From: Armatimonadota bacterium
Lineage (GTDB): Bacteria > Armatimonadota > UBA10988
NCBI GenBank assembly: GCA_016235455.1
Contig: JACRKZ010000125.1
Coordinates: 1-36,415, forward strand
Direction: 5' to 3'
DNA: 36,415 nucleotides
Of the stretch, positions 1-10,200 are shown one piece after another (within the stretch, counting starts at the first letter, position 1; every line of letters starts with the position of its first letter). Both the position numbers and the translations under genes were made by a program. The notes below the pieces were generated by a model. That model saw only the letters and a program-made list of their open reading frames with translations. It was not told the origin of the DNA and searched no databases.

Positions 1-306
1 CGTCGCGAAGCTGGCGGCCATGTCCCACGCCGCGGCCAAGGTGCGCAACGGTGCCTGCCGTGTGCGGCCGGCGTTGGAGTCGTTGCCGGTCGGGCTGAGC
101 CAGATGTCGGTCATCGGCGCGGGGCTGCCGATGTCGTAGCGCGCACCGGTGGGCAACACCGCCGGACCCGCTCCACCACCACCACCGCCACCGCCGCCAC
201 CGCCGCCACCGCCGCCACCGCCACCGCCACCTGTCTGGCTTCCGCCGCAGGCGACGAGGACGAACAGAGAGACCAACGCGCAGAACATAGGGAGTCGGCA
301 CCGCAT
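1..306 (-). CDS. Lipoprotein with 20-Gly linker followed by the start of a DUF1565/right-handed beta-helix-type domain (partial; runs off the window start)
   Basis: Manual translation from ATG at 306-304: MRCRLPMFCALVSLFVLVACGGSQT-G20-AGPAVLPTGARYDIGSPAPMTDIWLSPTGNDSNAGRTRQAPLRTLAAAWDMAASFAT, open to base 1. Lipobox LVAC; AGAAGGG RBS-like sequence upstream. WLSPTGNDSNAGRTRQAPLRTL matches the typical N-terminal motif of pectin-lyase-fold proteins. Not in the ORF track. Confidence 0.8.
   Translation of the reverse strand, partial: MRCRLPMFCALVSLFVLVACGGSQTGGGGGGGGGGGGGGGGGGGGAGPAVLPTGARYDIGSPAPMTDIWLSPTGNDSNAGRTRQAPLRTLAAAWDMAASFAT
172..231. repeat. (CCR)20-type trinucleotide tract encoding poly-Gly on the minus strand
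   Basis: 60 nt of CCA/CCG repeats (ccaccaccaccaccgccaccgccgcc...), in frame with the minus-strand lipoprotein. Confidence 0.9.
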
Positions 307-416
307 GGCTGCTAGCCCTTCTGACGACGCTACAGGCATACCACATCGCTGAGGCCGCTGCCGCCACGGCGAGTCGCGCTTGTGACGTGTGTATGAACCA
401 ATCTGCGTGGGAGGCC

Positions 417-447
417 CTAGCGTGGCGGATGATGAGTGCCGAGATAA
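417..447 (+). promoter_or_regulatory. Possible sigma28 (FliA)-type promoter for the chemoreceptor
   Basis: CTAG (417-420) then GCCGAGAT (438-445), resembling TAAA-N15-GCCGATAA. Spacing is 17 and the match is imperfect; support comes mainly from the downstream MCP gene. Confidence 0.25.
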
Positions 448-535
448 GGTCTAGGCGACACATGGATGACCGGCTTGGGCCGGCACGGGGGCATTGCGCG
501 CCGGGCATATGACACGAGTGTGAACGGAGGGTGCG

Positions 536-2599
536 ATGCGACAACGCGGTCTACAGGGCAGGATCACATGGTCCGGGGCAGGAGTGCTAGCGGCCACGGC
601 GGCAGTCATCATCATCTACGGCACGGCGGTGCTGAGCAGCTTGTCTCGGTCCGCGGCCACGCGCGAGCTATCGGCGGTGGCGGAGGCCAAGGCGTCCGAA
701 GTGGAGTCGTCGGTAGGCATCGCGCTCAACACGGCGCGTACCTTGTCGAGCATGGTGCTTGGCGCCAAAGGCAGTGCCGTAGCCGGCAGTGCCGCGGAGG
801 CCGACGCCAAGGCCGGCGCCAAGGCCGTGGTCTCGCGCGAGCAGTTCATGTCCCAACTTCGCGTGGTGACCGAGCAGCGTAAGGGCATTCTGGGCACGTA
901 CGTCGGCTTCGAGCCGAACGCCTACGACGGCCGAGACAAGGATTACGTCAAGGCTCCCGGCCATGACGACACGGGTCGGTTCGTCCCCTACCTGGTGCGC
1001 AATCCGGACGGCAAGCTGGACATGACCCCGCTGGCCGACTATGAGAACAAAGACCTGGACGACCGGGGCCAGCGCAAGGGCGAGTACTACCTGCGCCCCA
1101 AGGAGACCAAGCAGGAGTGCATCGTCGACCCGTACGAGTACGAGGTCGGCGGGCAGAAGATCCTGATGACCAGCTTGCTCAGCCCGATTCTCGAGAACGG
1201 CAACTACATCGGCATGGCCGGTGCCGACATCGACCTCAAGTTCATCCAGGAGATGATCGAGAAGACGTCGATCTACGACGGCAAGGGCAGCCTGATCCTG
1301 GTCAGCACCAAGGGCTGGGTGGCCGGCATGACCGGCCGCAAGGAGATGGTCGGCAAGCAGCTCAAGGAGGCCGCGCCCAGCCTGGCCGGCATGATCGATG
1401 ACATCGCGGCGGGCAAGGAGGGCCAGGGCAACATCGGCGGCATGCTGACCGTGCGCCATCCGGTGCGGTTCGGCGACTGCGCCACGCCGTGGGCGGTCAT
1501 CGTCCAGGTGCCACGCAGCGTCATCGGCGCCGTGGCCCGGCGCGCGATGTTCCGGCTCAGCCTGCTGGCGCTCGTGTGTGTCATTGGCGGCGCCTTGGCC
1601 ATGGGCCTGTCGGCCCAGCGGGTGGCGGCGCCGGTGACGGTAGCCATCGGCCGCATGGGCGAGGCCGCCAACCATGTCGCCAACGGCTCGGGTCAGGTGG
1701 CCTCGAGCAGCGGCGACCTGGCTTCCAACGCCAGTGAGCAGGCCTCCAGTCTGGAGGAGACGTCTGCCTCGCTGGAGCAGATGTCCTCGATGACGGCGCA
1801 GAACGCCGACAATGCCCAGCAGGCCGCCGCCGTGGCCGAGCAGGCCAAGACGGCCGCGCAACAGGGCGACGCCGCCATGCTGCGCATGGTCCAGACCATG
1901 GATGATATCCAGGCCTCCTCGGAGAAGACGGCGGCCATCCTCAAGACCATCGACGAGATCGCCTTCCAGACCAACCTGCTGGCCCTCAACGCCGCGGTCG
2001 AGGCGGCCCGCGCCGGCGACGCCGGTCGCGGCTTCGCCGTGGTGGCTGAGGAAGTGCGCAACCTGGCCAAGCGCAGCGCCGAGGCCTCGCGCACCACCGC
2101 CGGCATGATCGAAGAGGCCCGGCAGCGTGCCGGCCAGGGAGTCGTGGCCAGCCGCGACGTGGCCGAAGCGTTGTCGTCCATCGCCGGCAGCGTCGACAAG
2201 GTGACCCAGCTCGTGGCCGAGGTGGCCAGCGCCAGCCGCGAGCAGGCGCAGGGCATCGTGCAGGTCAACCAGGCCGTCTCGCAGATGGACCAGGTGACCC
2301 AGCGCATGGCGGCCAGCACCGAGGAGTCGGCCTCCACGGCCGAGGAACTGGCGGCCCAGGCCGACGAGTTGCTGAGCCTCGTGGCTCAGGTGGACGAGGT
2401 GGTCTCGGGTAGTTCGGCGCAGGCCGCCCGGCCCGCGCTGAGCGCGCCCCAACGGCCCGCGCTGAGCACGCCGCCGAGGCGACCCGCAGCGGCTCCCGCG
2501 CCCCGCACCGGGCCGGCCGCGACGCCGCAGTTGCAGCAGGCGCCGCCCAGCAACGCCCCCGTGGTGCAGGCGCTAGATCCCGAGGATCTGGACTTCTAG
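536..2599 (+). CDS. Methyl-accepting chemotaxis protein with periplasmic dCache-type sensor domain
   Basis: GGAGG RBS at 526-530. Two TM segments ([15 protein letters not shown]; [17 protein letters not shown]). Cache motifs [16 protein letters not shown] and DPYEYEVGG. Canonical signalling hairpin [40 protein letters not shown]. Confidence 0.97.
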   Translation: MRQRGLQGRITWSGAGVLAATAAVIIIYGTAVLSSLSRSAATRELSAVAEAKASEVESSVGIALNTARTLSSMVLGAKGSAVAGSAAEADAKAGAKAVVSREQFMSQLRVVTEQRKGILGTYVGFEPNAYDGRDKDYVKAPGHDDTGRFVPYLVRNPDGKLDMTPLADYENKDLDDRGQRKGEYYLRPKETKQECIVDPYEYEVGGQKILMTSLLSPILENGNYIGMAGADIDLKFIQEMIEKTSIYDGKGSLILVSTKGWVAGMTGRKEMVGKQLKEAAPSLAGMIDDIAAGKEGQGNIGGMLTVRHPVRFGDCATPWAVIVQVPRSVIGAVARRAMFRLSLLALVCVIGGALAMGLSAQRVAAPVTVAIGRMGEAANHVANGSGQVASSSGDLASNASEQASSLEETSASLEQMSSMTAQNADNAQQAAAVAEQAKTAAQQGDAAMLRMVQTMDDIQASSEKTAAILKTIDEIAFQTNLLALNAAVEAARAGDAGRGFAVVAEEVRNLAKRSAEASRTTAGMIEEARQRAGQGVVASRDVAEALSSIAGSVDKVTQLVAEVASASREQAQGIVQVNQAVSQMDQVTQRMAASTEESASTAEELAAQADELLSLVAQVDEVVSGSSAQAARPALSAPQRPALSTPPRRPAAAPAPRTGPAATPQLQQAPPSNAPVVQALDPEDLDF

Positions 2600-2614
2600 G
2601 TACGCCCACCCACG

Positions 2615-2653
2615 CGAAGACGGCCCGCGCCAGCCCAGCGCGGGCCGTCTTCG
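2615..2653. terminator. Perfect 16-bp GC-rich hairpin between convergent genes (probable bidirectional terminator)
   Basis: CGAAGACGGCCCGCGC (2615-2630), loop CAGCCCA, then GCGCGGGCCGTCTTCG (2638-2653). No strong U-tract on either side. Confidence 0.8.
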
Positions 2654-2663
2654 TGCGTGCGGG

Positions 2664-3077
2664 CTAGACCACGCGCCAGGTCACGCTGATCGGCGTGGTC
2701 GGCTGGATCATGGCCCACACGGGACACAGCTTGTGTTGCGCCTGGTCGATGATTCGCGCCGCTATCGCCTCATCCACCTGGCCGTGCAGCACGAACTCCA
2801 CGCTGATGCTGGTCAGCACCGTGGGGTGCTCATCGCGGCGTTGCGCCGTGACCTCGGTCTCGAAGCCGGTGAGCGACTGGCCTGAGCGGGCCAGCAGCAG
2901 CGCAATGGTGTTTGTGGCGCAGCCGGCGACGGCGGCCAGCAGCGTCTCCAGCGGCGTCATGCCGGCCGTCTCAGGCGAGGTCAGCGGGTAGTCCATGGTC
3001 ACGCTTTGGCCGCGTGCGGTGGCCACCACCCGCATGTCGCCGTCGTGATGGGCGTGTAGTTTGAGTTCGCTTGGCAT
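2664..3077 (-). CDS. OsmC/Ohr family protein (YhfA-like)
   Basis: GMTPLETLLAAVAGC and KLCPVW two-Cys motifs; 137 aa; AGGAG RBS upstream. Confidence 0.92.
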   Translation of the reverse strand: MPSELKLHAHHDGDMRVVATARGQSVTMDYPLTSPETAGMTPLETLLAAVAGCATNTIALLLARSGQSLTGFETEVTAQRRDEHPTVLTSISVEFVLHGQVDEAIAARIIDQAQHKLCPVWAMIQPTTPISVTWRVV

Positions 3078-3086
3078 CTACGTCTC

Positions 3087-6000
3087 CTAGCGGATCATCG
3101 CCTCCAGCTTGGCTAGGTCACCGCCGACCAGGTTGAGCACCCAGCGTCCGCCGACAAACGGCGAGTAGGTGACCTGCGCGCCGTCGCCGGTCAGCAGCCC
3201 GCCACGCGCCTGGTCCAGCATCAGCAGGTTGTCCTTGAGCGTGCCCAGCAGCACAAGATCGGCATCCACCGTCTGCCACTGCGGATAGCGCTGCATGGCG
3301 CGATACGGCTGCAGACCGGTCACCACCCCGTCGTTGCCGGCCAGGGCGCGGTCGACGGTGCCCAGACTGGCCCGGCGGCCCGACTGGGTGAGCTTGGCCA
3401 CGAGGCGCTCGGCCAGCGCCTTGGCGGCCGGGTCAGCGGCCTGGGTAGGCGTCAGCGCGACGGTGACCGCGGTCGCCGTTCGACGAAGGAACGCGCCCAA
3501 AGACGGGCCGACCATGGACGAACCGACGGCGGTGAGCGCTCCCGAGCCTATGTCGCCTTCGGTGCTCAAGCCGGTTAGCAGCTCCGTGCAGCGCAAGGTG
3601 CCGATCTTGGCGAGGGGATTGGGCTCATCGGCCCTGTTCACCGGTAGCCGCACCGTCTGGCCGGTTGCGCCAAAGACGTGGGCTTGCTCCGCGCCGCGGA
3701 TCACGGTGATCTCCACCGGCAGGCCGGCCACCGGCCCACGGATCTGCGCCACCGCCCAACCCTCGCGATCCCACCCCACGCTGGCGGTCGGCGCTGTCGG
3801 CTCGCTCGGCGGCAGCGCATACCAGGCGAACCCATCTCTGGCCAGGTCGACGGTGGCGGCCTCGGCGGCGGTCAGCCGGCGGCGCGCGCGCACATCGTAG
3901 ATCGGCCGGTCGGTGTGCCAGACCAGATGCCCGGTCTGTGGCCGGACGAAGCGCGAGGCGTTCTTCGCCGGCTCGGAGCCCCAGTTGATCACCGTGACGT
4001 ACTGCACGTCACCCGCCTGCGTGGGCAGCGCCCAGACCGTCGGGTCGGCCGACTCGACGATGGGCCGCTCCAGGCCACGCAGCGCGTTCTGCAGCAGCGC
4101 GATGCCCGAGGCGTTGCGCGCCAGCAGCACCGGCGTCTGGTCCTGCTCGCTCTGCTGAATGTAGCAGGCCACCTTCAGCCCGGTGCTCGTGGATGGCGCG
4201 GGGCACTCGCTCTCGTCGTCCGTCAGGATCCGCCCGCCTCGGTCGCTAAAGAGCTTTAGGGAAGAGGTCAGGCCTTCATGCCAGACCCACGTGTTGTCGA
4301 AGCGGTTGAGCCCGACCAGCAGCAGCGCCTTGATGTCCGCGGGCAGACCGCGGCGCAGCTCGTCGACGGTGACGATGCGCGCGGGATAGCCCGCGGCGTG
4401 ACAGAGGAACAGCGCCTCGGTCGTCTTGCCCTCGTGGCTGCCGCTCAGCAGTTGCTCGGCCGAGGGGTTGTCGCCACCGACAATCGGCCGGCTGATGGCC
4501 TGCTGGTGGCTGTAGAGCACGCCCACGGTGACGATGGGCTTGGTCTGCGCATACACGCCGCCATAGCGGTGCAGCCAGTCGTGCAGTTCCCTCTGGTCTT
4601 TGACGTCCTGGGCCAGCTTGGCGTCGACGGTAGTGTGGGCCAGGAAGTTGGTGCCGATAGCGCTCACTCCACGAGTGAGCGCGACCGCGTAGGCGCGCTG
4701 GCGTGCCTCGCGGCCGAACAGATGCCCGAAGTTGTCGATGATCGTCCAGCAGGGTTTGTTGGGGAAGTCGCTGCGCAGCCGGTCGATGAGCGCGACATTG
4801 TGCAGCGGCTTGCTGGAGCTCAGTTCGTTCCAGTCGTAGGCCTGCAGGATGGGCAAGTTCTCGTGGATCGGCCGGCTGGGGATCGTCGCCCAGGGCCAGC
4901 CGCCGCGCCCGCCGACACCGGGAGAGCTGCCATAGGAGCCGATGACGAACGGCGCGCCCGGCGCGGCGTCGGCCACGGCCTGGGCGAACGTGCCGTACTG
5001 GCCAAAGGTGCTGTCGTAGCGGGCGATGTACTCGAGGAACTGGCGTTGGGTGCCGCGCACCTGCCAGTCGGTCTGCGGGCTGAGGCCGGGGCCCACGGGG
5101 ACCTTGGGATTGCCCTCGGTCAGCGCCATCATGGCACGGCCCCAGGGGCGGTTGGGGATGGGCGGCGCCCAGTCCCAGTAGGAGACATAGCCGGCGTTGT
5201 CCGCGCCGGTCATGATGCCGCCGAAGTTGGGGAATCGCGCGAAGCGTTGCGCCACAAGCTGGTAGTCGCGCACCAGCGGCCGGTTCCATTCGGGCATGGT
5301 GGCCGCGAACAACGCCATGTTGGCATGGCCTTCCTGGGCGCCGCTGCCCCAGCCGGTGACGTTGAGGCCCGACTGCACGCCGCGTCTGGCCAGCTCGGCG
5401 CAGATGGCGTCGTACTTGTCCGACGAGGTCTGCAGCGTCTGCCACGACAGTGTCTCGAAGTTGCGGTCGAAGCCCAGCGCCGCGAGATGCTCGGCATATT
5501 CGGCGGGCGTGCCGCGGAAGGCCGGCGTATGCGGTGACTCGAGCATGGCGCCACTGGACATGCCGTGCGACATGGACATCATGTTCAACGTCAGCGGCGA
5601 GCGCGGCACCTGTGAGCCGAGCCGCTCGGCCATGGTGGTCAGCTGGGGCATGGGCCGCGCCGGCAAGTTGGCCGCGGTCAGCGCCTTCTGGTCATCGTCC
5701 CAGGCCTTCTGGTCGGCGAAGCTGTCCGGCCGCGCCATGGTGGCCACGCGCAGGCCGTCGGGCAGGACCAGATCGACCGTCAGCGGCACGTCCTCGGGCT
5801 GGTTGAGCACGACCGGCTTGAGCCCGACGGCGAGGCGTTGTGGCGCGCTGCCGTTGACGCTCAGCTCCCACGGCCGGTCGGGCGCATTGGCGGGCAGCAG
5901 CAGCGTCAGGCTGTGCAGCGGCTCGGTGCGGTCGTAGACCGTCTGACCGCCAACGGTCAGTTTCACCGAGCGCACAGGCTGGTCGCCAGGTCCGCTGATC

Positions 6001-7061
6001 TTCACCGGCCAGCACCACAGCTCCCAATCGCCCGCCGACGTGCGCGCGGTGGTGTCGGTGGTGTAGACATAGTGCTGGCCCCAGATCCAGGGCAGGGCGC
6101 GGAACCAGTGGCCCGTCTGCGTGACGGTCTGGTCCTTGGCATGGCGGAACAGCGGCCGGATCTGGTCGCCCTCGGCCAGCGGCACCTCCAGGAACTGCTG
6201 GCCCGACTTCTCGAACAGCCGCGTGCCGCTGGCCAGATCGAGCCGCGGCCAGTCCACGGCGTCGGGTCCGGGCCGGCGTTCGGCGGTCTGGCGGCGGCGC
6301 TGGTCGAACTCGCTGTAGGCGAGGGGCTGGTCATAGCGGGCCAGCGCGGCGCGCACCGGATAGCCATGCGCAGGGAAGTCGGCATCGACCGCCGGCCTGG
6401 TGGCCAGCGTGCCCGCGGCCTCGGCCGCCAGTTGCTCGGGCGTCAGCGCGGCAGCATAGGCGCTCACTTCATCGAGCACGCCGGCCAGGTCGCCGTTGCC
6501 CACCAGGAACGGTTCCGCCACCGGCCAGGCGGCGAACGGCGACTCCAGGCTGCTGGTCTCACGGCCGTCCACATACGTGCGCGCCTTCTCGCCCGGCGCC
6601 AGCGTCAGCGCCCAGTGCTGCCAGCCGCCCACGGGCTGCTTCTCGCCAAAGGCGCCGTGATACCAGCCGCCGCCCCAGTTGCCGTGGATCCAGGGCCGAC
6701 CTTCCTCGTTAAGGCTCAGCTGCAGACCGCTGTTGAAGCCCTTGCCCACCAGGTAGAAGGCGTTTTGGGGCAGGCGGTCGAGGTTCAGCCAGCAGGTGTA
6801 GGTCAGCGGCCCGACCAGCCGGTCGAGCAGGGGGCCTTTGGCCTCCAGGCGCGTGGCCGCGCCATCGAAGCGCATCCCGGGACCACGCCGGCCAGCGGGC
6901 ACAGGCGTGGCCTTGCCCGCGGCGTGGTAGCCGAACGGACCGGAATCGACGAACAGGCCGTCGCGCTGTTCACCACTGAGGCGGAGCACGAGCGGCACGG
7001 GCTGGGCATGGACGACCGACGCGGCGGTCAGGAGCAGCAGGACGAGCAGGCGCGAGAACAT
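3087..7061 (-). CDS. Large exported protein: N-terminal LamG/concanavalin-like domain plus a putative glycoside-hydrolase-like barrel and beta-galactosidase-trimerization-like region
   Basis: Signal peptide MFSRLLVLLLLTAASVVHA. LamG motifs GMRFDG, WQHWALT, YVDG and GVLDEVSAYAAAL. Later segment VGVLYSHQQ...EALFLCHAAGYPARIVTVDEL resembles class I glutamine-amidotransferase-like domains of GH42-type enzymes. 1324 aa. Confidence 0.7.
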   Translation of the reverse strand: MFSRLLVLLLLTAASVVHAQPVPLVLRLSGEQRDGLFVDSGPFGYHAAGKATPVPAGRRGPGMRFDGAATRLEAKGPLLDRLVGPLTYTCWLNLDRLPQNAFYLVGKGFNSGLQLSLNEEGRPWIHGNWGGGWYHGAFGEKQPVGGWQHWALTLAPGEKARTYVDGRETSSLESPFAAWPVAEPFLVGNGDLAGVLDEVSAYAAALTPEQLAAEAAGTLATRPAVDADFPAHGYPVRAALARYDQPLAYSEFDQRRRQTAERRPGPDAVDWPRLDLASGTRLFEKSGQQFLEVPLAEGDQIRPLFRHAKDQTVTQTGHWFRALPWIWGQHYVYTTDTTARTSAGDWELWCWPVKISGPGDQPVRSVKLTVGGQTVYDRTEPLHSLTLLLPANAPDRPWELSVNGSAPQRLAVGLKPVVLNQPEDVPLTVDLVLPDGLRVATMARPDSFADQKAWDDDQKALTAANLPARPMPQLTTMAERLGSQVPRSPLTLNMMSMSHGMSSGAMLESPHTPAFRGTPAEYAEHLAALGFDRNFETLSWQTLQTSSDKYDAICAELARRGVQSGLNVTGWGSGAQEGHANMALFAATMPEWNRPLVRDYQLVAQRFARFPNFGGIMTGADNAGYVSYWDWAPPIPNRPWGRAMMALTEGNPKVPVGPGLSPQTDWQVRGTQRQFLEYIARYDSTFGQYGTFAQAVADAAPGAPFVIGSYGSSPGVGGRGGWPWATIPSRPIHENLPILQAYDWNELSSSKPLHNVALIDRLRSDFPNKPCWTIIDNFGHLFGREARQRAYAVALTRGVSAIGTNFLAHTTVDAKLAQDVKDQRELHDWLHRYGGVYAQTKPIVTVGVLYSHQQAISRPIVGGDNPSAEQLLSGSHEGKTTEALFLCHAAGYPARIVTVDELRRGLPADIKALLLVGLNRFDNTWVWHEGLTSSLKLFSDRGGRILTDDESECPAPSTSTGLKVACYIQQSEQDQTPVLLARNASGIALLQNALRGLERPIVESADPTVWALPTQAGDVQYVTVINWGSEPAKNASRFVRPQTGHLVWHTDRPIYDVRARRRLTAAEAATVDLARDGFAWYALPPSEPTAPTASVGWDREGWAVAQIRGPVAGLPVEITVIRGAEQAHVFGATGQTVRLPVNRADEPNPLAKIGTLRCTELLTGLSTEGDIGSGALTAVGSSMVGPSLGAFLRRTATAVTVALTPTQAADPAAKALAERLVAKLTQSGRRASLGTVDRALAGNDGVVTGLQPYRAMQRYPQWQTVDADLVLLGTLKDNLLMLDQARGGLLTGDGAQVTYSPFVGGRWVLNLVGGDLAKLEAMIR

Positions 7062-7128
7062 CGTTCAACCCCGAACACATCCTGAGGTTAGTGGAGGTCG
7101 TCGTCGCCGTCAACGCGCGGGGCGCCGA

Positions 7129-7217
7129 GTAGCACCGGCATCCTGCAGGTGTGCGGACCACCTCGACCATCGAACGTCCTTCGGCCCCGACAGCCACCGG
7201 CAAGGTGCCGGTGCTAC
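7129..7217. repeat. Inverted pair of 23-nt GTAG-type REP palindromes (REPIN-like element)
   Basis: Unit 1 (+, 7129-7151): GTAG-CACCGGCA-TCC-TGCAGGTG. Unit 2 (-, 7217-7195): GTAG-CACCGGCA-CCT-TGCCGGTG. 43-nt spacer; intergenic. Confidence 0.75.
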
Positions 7218-7227
7218 CCTGTGCCCC

Positions 7228-10200
7228 TCAGCGCAACACCCACGCTGCCGGCGCAAACCCGCGCACCTGCGCCGTGAACCGACCGCCCTCGACAGCGATA
7301 GCCGCGCCCACCGGCGTGCCGCGCAGGTCCACCGGCTGCGCCGTGCGCCACGAGCCCGGCAGGCTGACCGTCACCGGCCCGCTGGTGCCCGCCTGCTCCC
7401 ACACCCGCAGCAGCGTGCCCTCGCCGTCGGGATTGGCGCCTAAGGCCAGCACCTCGATGCCCCGGCGCGACAGGGACAGCCCGGCGGCACTCGCGGGCAG
7501 GTGGCCCGCTGGTCCAGTGGCCACCGTGGCCAGCAGCGGTTGTCGCAGTTCCGTCGCCGGCGTGATCAGGTAGGGCTCAGTGGCGTCGCTATCGGCGGCC
7601 CACAGCCGGAAGCGCCAGGTCAGGCGCCCGCCGCACCAGAAGCGGTAGTTGGTCGTCCACTGGTTGTTGTACAGGTTGAAGTAGACCACCGGCCGGGTCG
7701 GCACGTAGTCCAGATCGTAGCGCCAGATGCCGGGCTCGCCGAGGCTGACCAGCGGCGTGTCCGGCCCACACAGACCCGCGCCACGGCCGTTCGCGCCAAG
7801 CACGGTCACGCCCGTGCTAACGGCCAGCAGATGCCGGTTGGTGCCGGGCACGATGTCCTTGGCTGGATCCATGACCGAGCCCGCGCGGCCGACACAGAAG
7901 CGCGGTTGGTCGGCGGCGATGGGCAGCACCAGCCAGCCCGCCTCGGGCCAGTTGTCCGCCGGCTTGTCGACGGTCAGCTCGAGGTCGACATACGGTCGGT
8001 CGGCGCCAACGACCACGCGTAGCGACACCGGGAACGGCGTCTGCGCGGTCATCTCGCCCGTGGCGGCCAGCGCGTCGCGACTGAGCCGGAGCGTGGCGTC
8101 GGCCGGCGACAGCGCCTGGTAGGGCGCCTCTGCCGACGGCGGCAGATTGGGCTTGCCCAACTCGGCGAAGCCCCAGTCGCTGTTGCCGCGCAGGTAGGTC
8201 GAGGTGAAGGCGCGCACATGGTCGAAGTCGAAGCGCTCATGAAGCAGCCGGCCGCAGCCGGGCTGGACCAGCTCACGGCCATCGCGGCGCAGTTGGATCG
8301 AGGCGATCGAGCAGGTCTTCGGGTCGAGCGTGACCTTCAGCCAGCGGCTCTCGAGCACGCCGGTGCTCTCGTCGACGCGCAGGCCGGGGTCGCGCAGTTC
8401 GGCCTTGATCGGCTCGTAGACCCGGTACCCACCCGGCGGCACATGGCGCGCGACGAAGCGCAGGCTGTTGCCCTCGGCCACGGCGGGTACCGCGTCGCCG
8501 CCGTCCACGGGCGCGAGTGCGGCGATGGCGGTGCCGGGCAGGTCGACGCGCACCTCGCCGTCGCGCTCCCAGGGCAGGGGGTTGAACACGACGATGCGGC
8601 GACCCTCACCGGGGGCGTCTTGGGCCAGCGCGGTCAGAGCGTGGCCCGTGGCTGCGGCGACCGCGTCGCGGGCGCCGGTGGCGTAGGCGGTGTGCTCCTC
8701 CCACGACTCCTGGAGGCGCTGGAAGCGTCCGGCGGCCAGCTCCTCGCGCCACTTCGCGCCGTAGTGCCAGTCCTGGGCGGAGCCGGTGCCCCCCGGCGGG
8801 CCGTACTGGGTCACCCAGTAGAGCGCGCCGCCCCAGGTATGCTCGCCGTAGAGCAGCGCCTGCTCATAGGCGTGGGCCAGGTCGGCGCCGACCTCGACCG
8901 TGCCGGCCGACCAGGCGCCGAGCGTGGTGGCCAGCGTCCGCGCGGCGGCGGCGGCGGCCGGCAAGGCGCGCGCGACCCTCATGCCGGCCGGGTCGCAGGC
9001 GATGCCATGGATCCAGGTGTCGGGCATGTCGCCACGCACCACGGGCACGCCCTCGGGCTGCCCCAGCGCGTCGTAGAAGTCTTCCAGCCGGCCGACACGC
9101 ACTTTGACTCCGGGCAGCTTGGCGCGAGCTTCGTCGAGCAGGGCGCGCACCTCGCCGGGGGTGGGCGGGCCATGGTTGTCGCCGGTCATGACCATGGCCA
9201 GCCAGGCGCGGTGCGGCCAGCCGGGCGGCGGCGTGAGCCCGCTGCCATACTCGCCGGTGAGCATGGTCAGCAGCTCCGAGCCGTCGGCGCCCTGCCAGCG
9301 GAACAGCAGCGGCACACGCGGCACGGCGCTGGCGCCGTTGACGCCCAGATGCAGGAACTCGACGCCCGCGGCGCGCAGCAGCGTGGGCAGAATCCACGAG
9401 TGACTGGGCACGTCGGTCATCTTGGCCGCGCGGGGCAGCGGCTGACCGGCGGCGCGTGCCAGCCCCGAGGCCAGGCCCAGGCCGCGGATCAGCGTCTCGG
9501 GCTCCAGCGCCTCGGTCTGCACGGTGAACGGCATGGCCTGCACGGCGAAGCGGCCGGCGGCGAAGGCGGCCTGGAGCCGCGCTCGGCGCTCGGCGGTCTG
9601 TCCGGGCCAATCCTCGAGGATCTTGGTCATGGGCCAGGCCGGCACGGTCCACACGAACTGTTGCTCGGGCGGCAAGCCGCGGCTCTGGTCGACCACGGCC
9701 AGCGCCTGGTCGATCATCGTCGTGCGGTAGCGAGTGACGATGTTGCGGGCCAGGTCGGTGTAGCCGATGTCGAAGTGGGTCTTGAAGACGATGACCACCT
9801 CGCGCAGGTCGGGCCAGGGGGCATACAGGCTGGCGGGCTCGGCGTGGGCCATGGTCGCCTCCGTATCGACATCGATCTCGGTGAAGAAAGTGTTGGACCA
9901 GGTCTCGCCGCTGTCCGGCGTCTGGCGCAGCAACGGGGTCCAAGTGGGCTCGATGACGAAGCGCAGGTAGCGCCACGTGCCCAGCGCGCCGGCGATGCGC
10001 GCCACCTGCGGTCGGTTGCCCCAGTTGGCGCCGGTGGTGTTGGGCCGGCTGTCGACGCGAGCGATGTCCGTCCACGGCCCGTCGGGCGACAGCGCGCCGG
10101 CCAGGGCGTAGACCTGCGGCCCGCGACCGCCTTGGTCGACCTTCCACTGGTGGTACGAGTAGCTGCGGATCTGTGCCAGCGGCTGCGCGCGACCCAGGTC

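Noticed and set aside
149-352. Poly-proline ORF on the plus strand
   Set aside because: It is the antisense of the poly-Gly lipoprotein, which has an RBS, a lipobox and a recognisable domain motif.
381-396. CRP/FNR-like site TGTGA-N6-TATGA upstream of the MCP
   Set aside because: The second half-site matches TCACA poorly, so it is not supportable.
668-2452. 594-aa minus-strand ORF
   Set aside because: Antisense shadow of the MCP. High GC3 suppresses stops, and it has no motifs.
7129-7217. Mini-CRISPR array
   Set aside because: Only two units, inverted rather than direct, and no cas genes.
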